The notes: a model not told the origin generated them from the letters alone. Counted from the stretch's first letter, positions 24,705 to 37,757 are shown. The stretch: DNA of 54,644 nt from Octopus bimaculoides (GCF_001194135.2 NC_068982.1:69848097-69902740), one strand, 5' to 3'. Translations and numbers: made by a program.

Positions 24705-25245
24705 AAGCTTCTTTTAATTTCTGTCTACCTAATCCTATCACAAGACTTTGGTCAGCCTGAGGCTATAGTAGAAGACACTTGCCCAAGGTGTCGTGCAGTA
24801 GAACTGAACCCAGAACCACGTGGTTGGGAAGCAAGTTTCTTACTATACAGACACAGTTGCACCTATAATATCTATTCTTGTTTATCATGGGAGTTTGGTC
24901 TTAAAGAAGCACAGTGATAAATGAATCATCTTCATGTAGTTTGTAAAGGAAATGAATGGCAAATTCATTGACATGACAAGCTTCTTTCAGTTTCTGTCTG
25001 CCAAATCCAATCACAAGGCTTTGGTCAGCCCAAGGCTATAGTAGAAGACATTTACCCAAGGTGTCACACAGTAGGACTGAACCCAGAACCATGTGATTGG
25101 GAAACAAGTTTCTTACCACACAACCACAGCTGTGCCTATATATCCATTCTCGTTTATCATGAGAGTTTCGTCTCAAAAAAGCAGTGATAAATGAATCATC
25201 TTCATGCACTTTGTGAAGGAGACATATGGCAAATTCATTGACACC
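24705..25245 (+). repeat. Old ~273-bp tandem duplication (SINE-C half plus unique flank)
   Basis: AAGCTTCTTT...CAGTGATAAATGAATCATCTTCATG...TGGCAAATTCATTGACA occurs at 24705 and at 24978. Confidence 0.85.
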
Positions 25246-25957
25246 AAACTGCAGCACACAGCAGTGAAACTTCTATCATCACATATTTTCTTGATCATCT
25301 CTACCTTTCCTTGTACAAAAAACATTTGTCTACATCATTTATTAGGACCAGGTGCCTTTGTATTTTCACTTTTCATTGTTGATGGGTGCCAATATGTAAT
25401 TAATTATAAAAATGACACAGCCTTGCTGCACAGTCATGTAAACACAAGTAATAGTGAGTGCATTCTGGGTAGCTAACGACTGTTGGTAATTGTTAGGGTG
25501 CGTTCTTGTGGTACAAGTAGAATTTCCAATGGATTGCTGACTCATGTTACCACAGATCACTCTATGATATGTGTAACATGTTTCCGTGTTTCACAATTGA
25601 GTGTTCCTTGTTATCTTAGATCAGAGATGAATGAATTAATGACAACTGCTGTTGGATTATTTACATCCCCCATAACTTAGCAGTTTGGCCAAAAGCAAAC
25701 AATAGAACAAGTACTAGACTTAAAGGAGAAATACTGGGGACTAAATCTTTCAAGATGGTATCCCAACATGGCTGCAATCCATGAGTGAAACAAGAAAACA
25801 AAGAAAAAATACGTCTCAAGATTTATGAAAGTCATCATTGTCATAGTCGTCGTTATCTAACATCTGTTTTCCATGTTGGCATGGGTTGGACAGCTTGACA
25901 GGAACTGGCAAGGCCAGGGGCACACCAGGTTTCATAGTCTGTTTTGGCTTAGTTTCT

Positions 25958-26358
25958 TAGTGGAGGCGCAATGGCCCAGTGGTTAGGGCAGTGGACTCGT
26001 GGTCATAGGATCACGGTTTTGATTCCCAGACCGGGTGTTGTGAGTGTTTATTGAGCGAAAACACCTAAAAGCTGCATGAGGCTCCGGCAGGGGATGGTGG
26101 CGAACCCTGCTGTACTCTTCCACCACATCTTTCTCTCACTATTACTTCCTGTTTCTGTTGTGCCTGTAATTCAAAGGGTCAGCCTTGTCACACTGTCTCA
26201 TGCTGAATATCCCCAAGAACTACGTTAAGGGTACACGTGTCTGTGGAGTGCTCAGCCACTTGCACGTTAATTTCACGAGCAGGCTGTTCCGTTGATCGGA
26301 TCAACTGGAACCCTCGACGTCGTAAGCAACGGCGTGCCAACAACAACAAGAACAACAA
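25958..26358 (+). mobile_element. SINE family A copy nested in another repeat, 15-bp TSD
   Basis: TTTGGCTTAGTTTCT at 25943-25957 and 26359-26373 flanks a full-length element. Confidence 0.9.
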
Positions 26359-27174
26359 TTTGGCTTAGTTTCTACAGCCGGATGCCCTTCCTCATGCCAA
26401 CCACTTTACAGAGTGTATTGGGTACTTTTTTACAAGGCACCAGCAGCCACATCAACGTTTTTTTGCACAAAAGTACATAAAATATATGTGCTGACTCACT
26501 GAATATCAAGCAATAGGGTCTGTCATCTTTCAGTACCATCATTTTAGGTCAGTGATTCCTATAATAGACAATGCTGCACCTTGGTATGGAACAATGGCAT
26601 TTCCTAAGTGAGTATCACAAGTAAAAGTATTCCTGAGGGGCAGGGTTATAGAACTTAGGGTTACTCAATGTAAAATTTTCCACATTATTTTACTGCGTTT
26701 TTCTACTGAATAAATTTTGGGAATCTCTCAAAGAAATGGAAACTCAAAAGCAAAAACCACAATTCCTGTGAAAGGAAATGCATTGATTTTGAAAAGATCC
26801 TTCTCTAAGAGAGAACACACTACAATTCTTGAATCATGTCATGAAATAAATGTAGGAATTGCAGCACCACAATCAGACTGTTGAGAATTTTACACCAAAG
26901 TTTGGTGAGAGAGAAGAATCCCATTCTCATAATCAACAAAAAAGAAAAAAAAGCTACTAAATTTGAACTATTTTTCTTTGATTTCCTTTAACTTTATATC
27001 ATTTCATTTTACTTCTTCTTTTAGTCAATTCTTCATTCTTTAAGAATAATCAATTTTATACTAATAATAGAATCCTTTCCATAGTTAAACCCGAGACACT
27101 AATTCTCTCTCATCTATAGCTGTTGAACTTTGACTTTATAAGTCTCACATACACCCAGAAAACACATACACATG

Positions 27175-27226
<52 letters not shown>

Positions 27227-28649
27227 GAAAACACATGTTCATACACCCAGAAAACACACACATACACAATACTTTCTCTTCCTCTCAGATTTTTCAGATA
27301 GAAATTTGAGAACAAGATATCAATACTCAACAGAAAAGAAAAGAGAGTAGGGAGAGAGAGAGAAATAAGAAAACACCTTGGAAAAGAATAACAATAACAA
27401 CATCCACAATATTAAGCATTTCGGAAAAATAAATTCCAAAGGGGTTTCTTTTGCATTCTAAAGTTGTTTGCTAATTTTTTTGTAATATAACAGTTGTAGG
27501 TAACTTCATACAGTAACAGCATACACCACCTGCTGGCTGTGATTCAGAGTTGTATGACATAACTTCATTTTCTAATTGCAGCCAAGACACTTTTCTTGTG
27601 TTGTTAATGTCCTTGAGAAAAGCATGAAGACATAGACCTCTAAAAGAGACTAAAGGAAGTGGTGAGTTGTCGAGTACAGAGGTAAGACTCTAGCAAGGCT
27701 CCAAATAATGAACCAGTTTTGATTCCTTAACATCTGACCCAAATATTCTTCCTGTTTTATATTCAAACTGGACAGATACGGCCTTCACACTATCCCTACA
27801 ATATCATTCTAAAAATTAACAGTTATATCTTAAAAATCTGAAAGCCATAATATAATGCATGATCAATTCAAAACAACGTGAATGAATAAGCTTTACATTT
27901 GACAGAATAATCTGAATACTAAAGGGTTAATTTAGACATAGCTTTTCATTTTCAAAGCCATTGTATGTTAAGCAGCATCATTTTTGCTTTCCTCTTTTTT
28001 TCCCCTTCTATTTCTAATTTAGGACATTGTGGCCAAGTGGTTAAAGCAATGGACTAGAAATCTACTGGAGTTTTTCCTGCTTAGGTTCGAAAACTTAGGT
28101 AACAGATAATCTATTTTTTAATGGTAGTGCCCCAGCATGGCTACAGCTTCTGAAACCAATAATAGAATGATAGAATAATGTCCACTTTCCATACTGTCAT
28201 GGACCCGATGGGTCATTACAATCTGAGTTTTTGTTTAAGCTGTGGCCCTCTTAAGTGTAGCCAGTGGGCCATGCCTCTTTTATCCATATTCATTCGACAT
28301 GGTTTCATCCAACTTGATGTCCTTCCTAATGCCAACCACTTTATAAAGTGTACTGGAATAATTTTTTCTGACACCAGCTCTAGAGAGGTTGCCATACCCT
28401 CAACAAGACTAAACTAAGAGTTCTCTTGGCTCTATGGTATCTCCATTAGTTCATCTACCACTTCATAAATGGCACTTGAAGCACTCTATTGCAACACTAG
28501 TGCTTCTGAGTCTGCCTTGCCCAAGGATCCTCTTAAATCTAAATAGTCTCCACCGATTCTGAGCACTGTGAGCATTAGTGGGTAGAATAAAGAGTAAATG
28601 CAGAATGACCAGGATGAGATGCAGAGAAAGAGAAACAGATTGCGATTAC

Positions 28650-28769
28650 CTTATCTTTCTCATATTCTTCTCTCATAAGTCGTTGTTCTTCTTCTTTCTG
28701 TTGGATTTTTATCTCAGACTCAACAAGCGCATCAAGAGATGTTTGCATTTTCTTGAGAGCATTTTCTCG
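28650..28769 (-). CDS. DRC3: DRC3 coding exon (RENALKKMQTSLDALVESE...REEYEKDK), 120 nt, phase 0-0
   Basis: Acceptor CATATTTTTTAG and donor AAG|GTAATC. 40 open codons with coiled-coil character, matching in length and position the vertebrate segment ending REELEKHK. Confidence 0.82.
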
Positions 28770-28935
28770 CTAAAAAATATGAGAAAAAAATGGCTGTGTG
28801 GTTAAGAAGTTCACATTGCAAATATGTGGTTTTAGGTTCTGTCTCATTGCATGACACCTTGGGCAAGTGTCTACTACTGTAGATCCAAGACATGTGATTG
28901 AATCTGGTGGATAGAAACTGTGTGGAAGCCTGTTG

Positions 28936-28971
<36 letters not shown>

Positions 28972-29404
28972 TGTGTTTCCCCATCACCCACTGTTTGACA
29001 ACTGGTGCTGGGTTGTCTCTATCCCCATAACTTAGAGTTTGGCAAAGAAAAAAAATACCACCAGAGTAAGTACCAGAAAAGAGAAGTAGTGGGGTCAGTT
29101 TGTTTTACAAAACCCTTTCAAGGCAGTACCCCAGTATGGGCTGCATTCCAATAACAGAAGCAAGTAAAAAAAAATAAAAGCTAAAAAGATGACTACTGAG
29201 AAACAGTTTGCTATGAGGGGAAAATTAACTACTTTGCAAAGACCTCTCTGCAAACTTCAGAGAATCATACCAAATTCTTTACCTCTCTCTTGACATCTCT
29301 CACAATTGGTAGCAGATGGAAAATATTTCCAGCTTTCTTAGCTAGGGATAGTGACATAGCTAAGGAAAAAGTATATATTAGCAACAGAGGCAGTATTAAT
29401 ACCA

Positions 29405-29542
29405 AGAGATAATATTTATTTCCACTTAAACATGGCTGTTCTGTTAGAACAAACTTTATGAGAGTTTCTCTTGTGTTCCCTACTGCAGTGAAGTTTGTTC
29501 TAATAGAACATCCACATTTAAGTGGGAATAAATATTACCTCT
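29405..29542. repeat. Inverted repeat, 52-bp arms (6 mismatches), 34-nt loop
   Basis: 29405-29456 aligned by eye against the reverse complement of 29491-29542. Confidence 0.9.
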
Positions 29543-30717
29543 AGCTAAAGAAAGATGCCAACAAACAGTGCACCATTGACAATTTCCAGCACATAACTCT
29601 GCAGACTGCAGAGTTTTAAGATTTTGGTCAAGGTGCTCATGAAGAGGTTGGTGCTTTTCATTAGTAGTTAGGTCAGCAGTGCACAGATAGAACTACTGTG
29701 TGATTTCTGGCTAATCTATTTATGATACCTTCAACTTCATGTGATGTGTGACAGAGAGGGTGAATAATAACCTGGATTTGGTGGGCTGCTGACCCACTTA
29801 GGTCAACTCAAAGCATTTTATAAAACTGTATGTAGAACTACATGTCTAATATGTTCTCCAATTCATTTTTAAGATGGTAGGTTGTGATTTATGCTATTTC
29901 TAGCATGTTTAGCAACTGCATAGACGCCCCTTTATTGGCTTGTAATAATTATTTTTAATTTTGGCACAAAGCCAGGAATTTTGATGGGAGAAGTAAATTG
30001 AATACATCAACCCCAGTGCTCAACTGGTACATATTTTGTCAAACTCAAAAGGATGAAAAACAAAGTCAGCCTTGGTGGCATTTGAACTCAGAATGTAAAG
30101 AGCCAGAAGAAATGTCACTAAATATTTTGTCCAATGTACTAATGATTCTGCCAGCTCACAGTCTTGTGATGTTTCAAATTTTGGTACAAAACCAGCAATT
30201 TTAAAGAGAGGAAGTTAGTATATCAACCATAGTGGTTGACTGGTACTTTATTCTATCAATCTATGGAGAAAGAGTTGACAAGAAGGGAGAGGTAGTGACA
30301 TCACAAAGGGACCGGAAGGGGGATGACATAATGTCACAACTGCAAGCAGACAGCCTCTTTCTTACGAGGGTCTGTGGTGAAGCAAATTGTGTGCTGCAAG
30401 CAGTCATGGTGTAGTAGTCCTTGTTGGCGAGGAATCGGCAGAGTCGACATGTGGTTATAACTGTGAGGTTTGGTTGGCTTTCCCATGATCCGACATTTGA
30501 AGTGATTGTCACCAGTTGCAACTTGAGGTAAGAGCAAACTTTATTTCATGCCTTACAAAAATGCATTCACAAAAGGATGAAAAGGTAAAGTCGACATTAG
30601 CAGCATTTGAACTCAAAACATAAATTAGCCAGAAGAAATGCCAAGTACTTTGTTCAACATGCTAATGATTTTGCCAGTTCACTGCCTGTGTTGGCATATA
30701 ATACTGATAATGATTAT

Positions 30718-30741
30718 GGTAGTAGTAGTAGTAGTAGTAGT

Positions 30742-30780
<39 letters not shown>

Positions 30781-30875
30781 GGTAGTAGTAGTAGTGGTAG
30801 CAGCAGCAGCAGCGGCAGTAGTAGTAGTGGTAGTAGTGGTAGTAGTGGTGGTGGTAGTGGTAGTAGTAGTAGTAG
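30718..30875 (+). repeat. (AGT)n/(AGC)n/(GGT)n trinucleotide tract running into an assembly gap
   Basis: Read directly; N run at 30876-31595. Confidence 0.95.
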
Positions 30876-33760
30876 NNNNNNNNNNNNNNNNNNNNNNNNN
30901 NNNNNNNNNNNNNNNNNNNNNNNNNNNNNNNNNNNNNNNNNNNNNNNNNNNNNNNNNNNNNNNNNNNNNNNNNNNNNNNNNNNNNNNNNNNNNNNNNNNN
31001 NNNNNNNNNNNNNNNNNNNNNNNNNNNNNNNNNNNNNNNNNNNNNNNNNNNNNNNNNNNNNNNNNNNNNNNNNNNNNNNNNNNNNNNNNNNNNNNNNNNN
31101 NNNNNNNNNNNNNNNNNNNNNNNNNNNNNNNNNNNNNNNNNNNNNNNNNNNNNNNNNNNNNNNNNNNNNNNNNNNNNNNNNNNNNNNNNNNNNNNNNNNN
31201 NNNNNNNNNNNNNNNNNNNNNNNNNNNNNNNNNNNNNNNNNNNNNNNNNNNNNNNNNNNNNNNNNNNNNNNNNNNNNNNNNNNNNNNNNNNNNNNNNNNN
31301 NNNNNNNNNNNNNNNNNNNNNNNNNNNNNNNNNNNNNNNNNNNNNNNNNNNNNNNNNNNNNNNNNNNNNNNNNNNNNNNNNNNNNNNNNNNNNNNNNNNN
31401 NNNNNNNNNNNNNNNNNNNNNNNNNNNNNNNNNNNNNNNNNNNNNNNNNNNNNNNNNNNNNNNNNNNNNNNNNNNNNNNNNNNNNNNNNNNNNNNNNNNN
31501 NNNNNNNNNNNNNNNNNNNNNNNNNNNNNNNNNNNNNNNNNNNNNNNNNNNNNNNNNNNNNNNNNNNNNNNNNNNNNNNNNNNNNNNNNNNNNNNTATAT
31601 ATATATGTATATATATTCTTTTATTCTTTTACTGGTTTCAGTCATCTAACTGCAGCTTTCTGGGGATTTATCAAACAAATTGACCCTAAGGTTTATTTTT
31701 TAAGCCCAGTACTTATTCTATCAGTCTCTTTTGTTGAACTGCTAAGTTACAGGGATGTAAACATACCAACACTGGTTGTCAAGTGATGATGGGGGGGGGG
31801 ACAAACATAGACACAAAGATATATACATATATAGACAACAAGCTTCTTTCAGTTTCTGTCTACCAAATCCACTCATGAGGTTTTGGTCAGCCTGAGGCTA
31901 TAGAGGAAGACACTTGCCCAAGGTGTCACACAGTGGGACTGAACTTGGAACCATGTGATTGGGAAGCAAGCTTCTTACCACACAGCCATGCCTAAAAAAT
32001 AGATGGATTGTGGTTCACTACAGCTGTTTCAGACATGTTTTTTATTGATGGGCAGAAGTGTTGCATCGCACAAAAAAAGTGTTTTCATCAGGTAAATATT
32101 AGAACTTCTCAAGAACACGTACATAGTGCCAAATGACTCAGCCCACCCAAATGTGGTCAGAGAGTGAAAAGTTCAAGTTAGTATCAAGTTTATAATGAGG
32201 AAATCATTAAAGGTAAAGGGGTAAAGCAGGGTAAAGGTCCTTCCCAAGTTATACAGAATCATAGGGCTGGTTTCTTGGTTTCTCCAGTGTATATATTCCC
32301 ACTGGATAGGACGCTGGTCGATTGCAGGATTACTCATTTTTGCCAGCTGAGTGGACTGGAGCAATGTAAAATGAAGTGTTTTGTTCAAGAACACAACACT
32401 TCACCTGGTCCAAGAATTGAAACCACAATCTTACAATAATGAGTCCAGCACCCCTAACCACTAAGCCATACACCTCCACATTCATTAAAGAGCCTGGATC
32501 AGAAAGGGAAATTGATGAAGTATGTAGAAGCAAGTGAAGAGAGAAAGACTAAAATGAAGAGAGAGAAGACAGTACATGATCTTGTTTGACCTCGTAAAGG
32601 GTTATAAATAAAATTAATGTTGTTTCTAAATAGTTGACAGGGTCTTTATATTGATAAACAAGAGTAATCATTTAATATACATAATTACAGAATAGCTACT
32701 ATTAGTTTCACACTTTTAAGATACATTAAATTAACAGATTTATATGACATGCCATGTATCTTCTCCAAGCAGTCTTTCAGGCTCAGTTCATCATATGTCA
32801 GATATGTTTAAAAACCAGGACACTGGGCAATGAGAAAACATGAGAGAAGAACGAGAAGAAAAAAATATAATGCGAAGAAGGTTGATGCAAAATGTGAAAC
32901 AAAAATAAAGGAAAGAAAAGTAAAAATAACCAAGATCATCCTCTTTGCTTGTAGAAATCATAATTAATGTAGTTTATGCAGAGTCTGTGAGAGAGCAACT
33001 CAATATGAAGCAGGCAGTATCTTCTAGTTATATTATGATGATGAAAATGATGACGACGACAATGATGGTGACAATGATGATGATTTTCTTTATTATATAT
33101 GTAGTGAATATATATAGTGAGAACTACAGGGATAAGTCTTGGTCTTGAAAAGTTTGATGTTGCAAGTAACAAGAGAAATATATAATTAGAAAGTGTTTTG
33201 TTAGCTCTCAGTATTGATACTTCTCTGCAATATGACCAAAGATTAACATTGACTCAGTCACCATGACAATGATGTCTTTGTTGTCATTGTCACTGATGTC
33301 ATCATCACCATTATCATCACTACCAACACCAATACCACAATCATCATCACCACCACCACCACCATCACCAGTACTATTATCATCATCTTTTAGCATGCAT
33401 GTTCCATGCTGGCATAGAGTGGACAGTTTGGCACCTAGAAATGCATTGTGCTCCAATGTCTGCTTTGGCATGGTTTCTATGGGTGGATACACTTCATGAC
33501 ATCAGCTACTTTACAGTATTGGGCACTTTTTTTTTTGTGGAACCAGCTCTAGTGAGATCACCATGCAGATCACAAGACTAGTAGGTAGGCCAAAATACAA
33601 AGAGAGGCAATTTTATGCCAGGAGATCAGAAGTGAAAGTATGAGAGGAAAGACCAGAACAGAATAGATTTGTTGCTGTAAAGGCATTACATGGCTACTCA
33701 CAAAGAGAGAGTAAGAGTTAGTAGGATGGAACTTGAAAGAGAGAACGTTCTCTTACTCAC

Positions 33761-33927
33761 CATTCGGAGATCATTAATATCATTATTTCCAAGTGAAAGA
33801 ACTTCCAAGTCCATTAAAGTATCCATGTTTGCAATGGTTGATATTCTGTTATTATACAGAGAAAGATCAGTCAATTTTGTTAGGTTATCCAGCCCTTCAA
33901 TTTCTTCAATATTGTTAAAGGACAAAT
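33761..33927 (-). CDS. DRC3: DRC3 LRR exon ([29 protein letters not shown]...[13 protein letters not shown]), 167 nt, phase 1-0
   Basis: SDS22-like LRRs closely matching vertebrate [29 protein letters not shown]. Acceptor AAATAG and donor ATG|GTGAGT. Confidence 0.95.
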
Positions 33928-34789
33928 CTATTTAATAAAGAGAAAATGGTTAAATGTTATTGGTCTTTCTCTTCCACAGTAGGAATGGTAACTAGTTACT
34001 CTACCACTATAACAATAACAACAAAATCCTCTTAAAACCAAAGCACCCCGTATATTTTGCAAAGTGGTTGGCAATAGGAAGGGCATCCAGCTCCATAGAA
34101 ACTTTGCCTAAACAAGCATTAGAGTCTGATGCTGCCATCTAGCTTGTCAGATTTGGTCAATCTATCCAACCCATGGCAGCATAGAAAATAAACATTAAAA
34201 GATGATGATGGTGACGACCACGATGCTGCTGCTGCCGCCAACAATGACGATGACGATGATCTATGCAATCCCACTTTACAAACATTTTACATTGTTATTT
34301 TAGTTTGGTATATCAACAAATCAGTAGAAGTATTTTTTTCTATATTAAATTTGATATTAGAGTGAAGAAAAAGGAACACAGAACAGAGACTAATTAAACG
34401 AGATAAATTCTCAGCTGAAGAATCATCAGGTTATATTTTTGCCATTGATGCCTTGCTATAGTCAATGCACTGAAATATTCTACCTCCATTTACTCAAATG
34501 CAAAGAGCCAATAATTGTATTTGATCAACTCAGTAAATTTTTACAAATTAAATCAACCAAATTAATGAAGGAACTAAATTTTCTTTAACAAATTACTCAC
34601 CAGCTTTAAAATGAGGCTATATGTTTTTGGATACTGAAATACACAACAGCATGTATTCTTCCAATTATGACATGGTGGTTGTGGATACAATGATGATTAA
34701 CCCTTTTATATCAACCTGCATGAGACTACCCTTAATTCTGTGATACTAACTTCTTGTTGAAAATGATCTCAATTAAAAACCATAATTAG

Positions 34790-35660
34790 GATAGTTAATG
34801 AATTTGAGAAGAGGTGTGAAATAAGAGCTGATACAGATCTCTCCCCCAAGGAGCATTGGTAAAGTCTATTTGTCAGGAAAACCAAGTATCACAATGGAGC
34901 AGTTCACTAAGAAGATAGTACTTGGATACTTGGCATGAAAAACATGAACCATAGAAGGGATTGATCGTGTCATGAGCTTGGCATGGAGTACAGACAAGTT
35001 TATGACATTCTACTTTGAAGGCTACCTCCATACAATTCAAGAACAAGTGTTCCCCACCAAGTACCTACAGCATAAGAAGCAGAAAACATTAACAGGCAAC
35101 AAATGTAAGCTGTGTAAGACCAAGACTGTAGATACTAACTACATTATTGCCAACTATGAGAGAATGTTTTCCCATGAAGTATGATGTTGTGGCCAGAACA
35201 GTCTGGAACAGGATAATAAAGAAGAAAACACCTACAGACCAATTTGACTATTTTGAGGCTGTTGGGTCAAAAGAATATTGGTGGCACTTAAAAATTAAAT
35301 CAACCACCAAGTTAACACACAACCAGCCAGATGTAGTTGCATGAAATCAGAAGGGAAAGGTAAGTTCTGCTTTGGAAATCAGCTGCCCTCTGGACACCAA
35401 TGTGGTTAGAAAAATACAAGGAAAAGAGGAATCATTAATAAAGAGTTTGCAAATCCAGTACCCAAGGTACGCTTTCAGTTTCATACCTTATTATTATTGA
35501 AACAGCAGGATACATACAAAACTACCTAGAGCAAAGTATGGCTGAACTTGGGATCCTAGGGAGAGAATGCAAATCTTTAATTCATATTCAACAAATGATC
35601 ATGATATCAGGGACTATAAAAATCTACAGGACCTTTTTCAGATTTAAATGGAAATGGTTA
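34790..35660 (+). mobile_element. Degenerate RLE-type non-LTR retrotransposon, 3' part (copy 2)
   Basis: EGYLHTIQEQVFPTKY...NKCKLCKTKTVDTNYII (Cys knuckle), HNQPDVVA...EISCPLDTN (restriction-like endonuclease PD..D motif). Same family as 2216-3110. Confidence 0.75.
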
Positions 35661-35844
35661 AAATGTGATGCTTTCCTTCACAACCTTACTACCAAGTACT
35701 CTAAAATTAAAAAGAGAAAGTGAAAGAGAACAAATGAATGAGCAGGCAGGTGGGTGAACAAACAAACAAATGAATGTACATACATACATACATACCAAAC
35801 CATCAATGGAACTGTAAAGATATGTAAAACTTTCCAAAAGTTTA

Positions 35845-36009
35845 GCACATAAATACATATGCATGCATCTAGACATGAAAATATATACATAAAAACGTAT
35901 CCATAAAACAAACATACAAATCTGCACATAAATACATATGCATACGCCTAGACATGAAAATATATACATAAAAACGCATCCATAAAACAAACATACAAAT
36001 CTGCACATA
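35845..36009 (+). repeat. 79-bp tandem minisatellite, about 2 copies
   Basis: GCACATAAATACATATGCAT...CATACAAATCT units start at 35845 and 35924, with a partial unit at 36003. Confidence 0.9.
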
Positions 36010-36375
36010 CACTAACACCAAATACTGCACACACACACATATGCACAAATACCTAGATGATGTTGATAAAAGTTCCAATGAAGGAGCCTTGAATCTGTGT
36101 TAGAGTCCGGCTCTTTCTCTATTGACAAGAAATACAGAAATGAAACTGATCGATAACATACATACATACATACTATGGGCTTCTTCTAGCTTACGTCTAC
36201 CAAATCCATTCTTAAGGCTTTGGTCAGCTAAAAGTGCTCCAGCAGTATGGTTGGGAAGCAAGTCTCTTAACCTCACAACCATGCTGGCACCTTTAACTGA
36301 ATGAATAAAAACTGCTGAGTGAATGTCAGTGGAATGGGGGAAAAAGAATTTCAAATGTAAAAAAATATGTCTTAC

Positions 36376-36492
36376 CAAGCCACACAAGGTTTACAAGTAG
36401 ATCCAATCCTTCTATTTTTTCAATCACATTATTATCAAGTTGTAGTTTGGTCAGTTTAATGAAGCACCATAAGTTGTCGATCTTCAGAATAT
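36376..36492 (-). CDS. DRC3: DRC3 LRR exon (NILKIDNLWCFIKLTKLQLDNNVIEKIEGLDLLVNLVWL), 117 nt, phase 1-1
   Basis: Near-identical to vertebrate NILRIDNLWQFENLRKLQLDNNIIEKIEGLENLAHLVWL. Acceptor TTTGTCAG and donor G|GTAAGA. Confidence 0.95.
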
Positions 36493-36829
36493 CTGACAAA
36501 TAGCATATATGCTGCATTTTAATTAACATTGAAAGCAGTAAATCATTAACAACATACTATTTCATTAACAACATATAAAATATGGGAACCAAACCAGCAG
36601 CAGCAACAACATTATTTTAATGTTCACTTTTCCATGCTTGCATGGGTCAGACAGAATTTGTTCAGCCAGGTTTTCTATGGGCGGATACCCTTCCTGTTGC
36701 CAATCCTCACCTGTTTCCAAAGAAATATTTTCCCATGGCTGGACAAGTTTACATGGAAGATTGGGAACAAAGGACACTGCTTGTATGATGGTGAGATTTG
36801 TTTACAATAATCATGTATCATCAAGGCAC

Positions 36830-36864
<35 letters not shown>

Positions 36865-36939
36865 CAAACATCTCCAACAGACTTCTTTCAGTTTCTGTCC
36901 AGCAATTTCATTCACAAGATTTAGTCGACCATTGCCGGG

Positions 36940-37082
36940 TCTTCTCACACACTGCATATTTCCAAAGGTCTTGGTCACTAGACGCTGCCTCGGTGAGGCC
37001 TAATGTTCGATGGTCATGCTTCACCACCTCCTCCCAGGTCTTCCTGGGTCTACCTCTTCCACAGGGTCCCTCAACCGCTAGG

Positions 37083-37085
<3 letters not shown>
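36940..37085 (-). mobile_element. RTE-clade LINE 3' end fragment
   Basis: TLAVEGPCGRGRPRKTWEEVVKHDHRTLGL...LWKYAV matches the RTE ORF C-terminal GRPRKTW motif. A related fragment lies at about 40855-41060. Confidence 0.75.
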
Positions 37086-37124
<39 letters not shown>

Positions 37125-37757
37125 NNNNNNNNNNNNNNNNNNNNNNNNNNNNNNNNNNNNNNNNNNNNNNNNNNNNNNNNNNNNNNNNNNNNNNNNNNNN
37201 NNNNNNNNNNNNNNNNNNNNNNNNNNNNNNNNNNNNNNNNNNNNNNNNNNNNNNNNNNNNNNNNNNNNNNNNNNNNNNNNNNNNNNNNNNNNNNNNNNNN
37301 NNNNNNNNNNNNNNNNNNNNNNNNNNNNNNNNNNNNNNNNNNNNNNNNNNNNNNNNNNNNNNNNNNNNNNNNNNNNNNNNNNNNNNNNNNNNNNNNNNNN
37401 NNNNNNNNNNNNNNNNNNNNNNNNNNNNNNNNNNNNNNNNNNNNNNNNNNNNNNNNNNNNNNNNNNNNNNNNNNNNNNNNNNNNNNNNNNNNNNNNNNNN
37501 NNNNNNNNNNNNNNNNNNNNNNNNNNNNNNNNNNNNNNNNNNNNNNNNNNNNNNNNNNNNNNNNNNNNNNNNNNNNNNNNNNNNNNNNNNNNNNNNNNNN
37601 NNNNNNNNNNNNNNNNNNNNNNNNNNNNNNNNNNNNNNNNNNNNNNNNNNNNNNNNNNNNNNNNNNNNNNNNNNNNNNNNNNNNNNNNNNNNNNNNNNNN
37701 NNNNNNNNNNNNNNNNNNNNNNNNNNNNNNNNNNNNNNNNNNNNNNNNNNNNNNNNN

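Noticed and set aside
29590-29670. Short coding-like stretch (CAGAGTTTTAAGATTTTGGTCAAGGTGCTC)
   Set aside because: It is a decayed copy of the same Tx1/L1 RT segment seen at 365-420, not a host exon.
30261-30537. ORFs 30261-30521 and 30334-30537 as the missing DRC3 exon
   Set aside because: No frame resembles the YLRRF/NPI/YLDY LRR-cap segment; the sequence is an insert within a SINE.
30607-31786. Very long ORFs (358, 382 and 327 aa), and similar ones at 15948-16636, 36798-37831 and 4476-4846
   Set aside because: They are open only because they cross N gaps and simple repeats.
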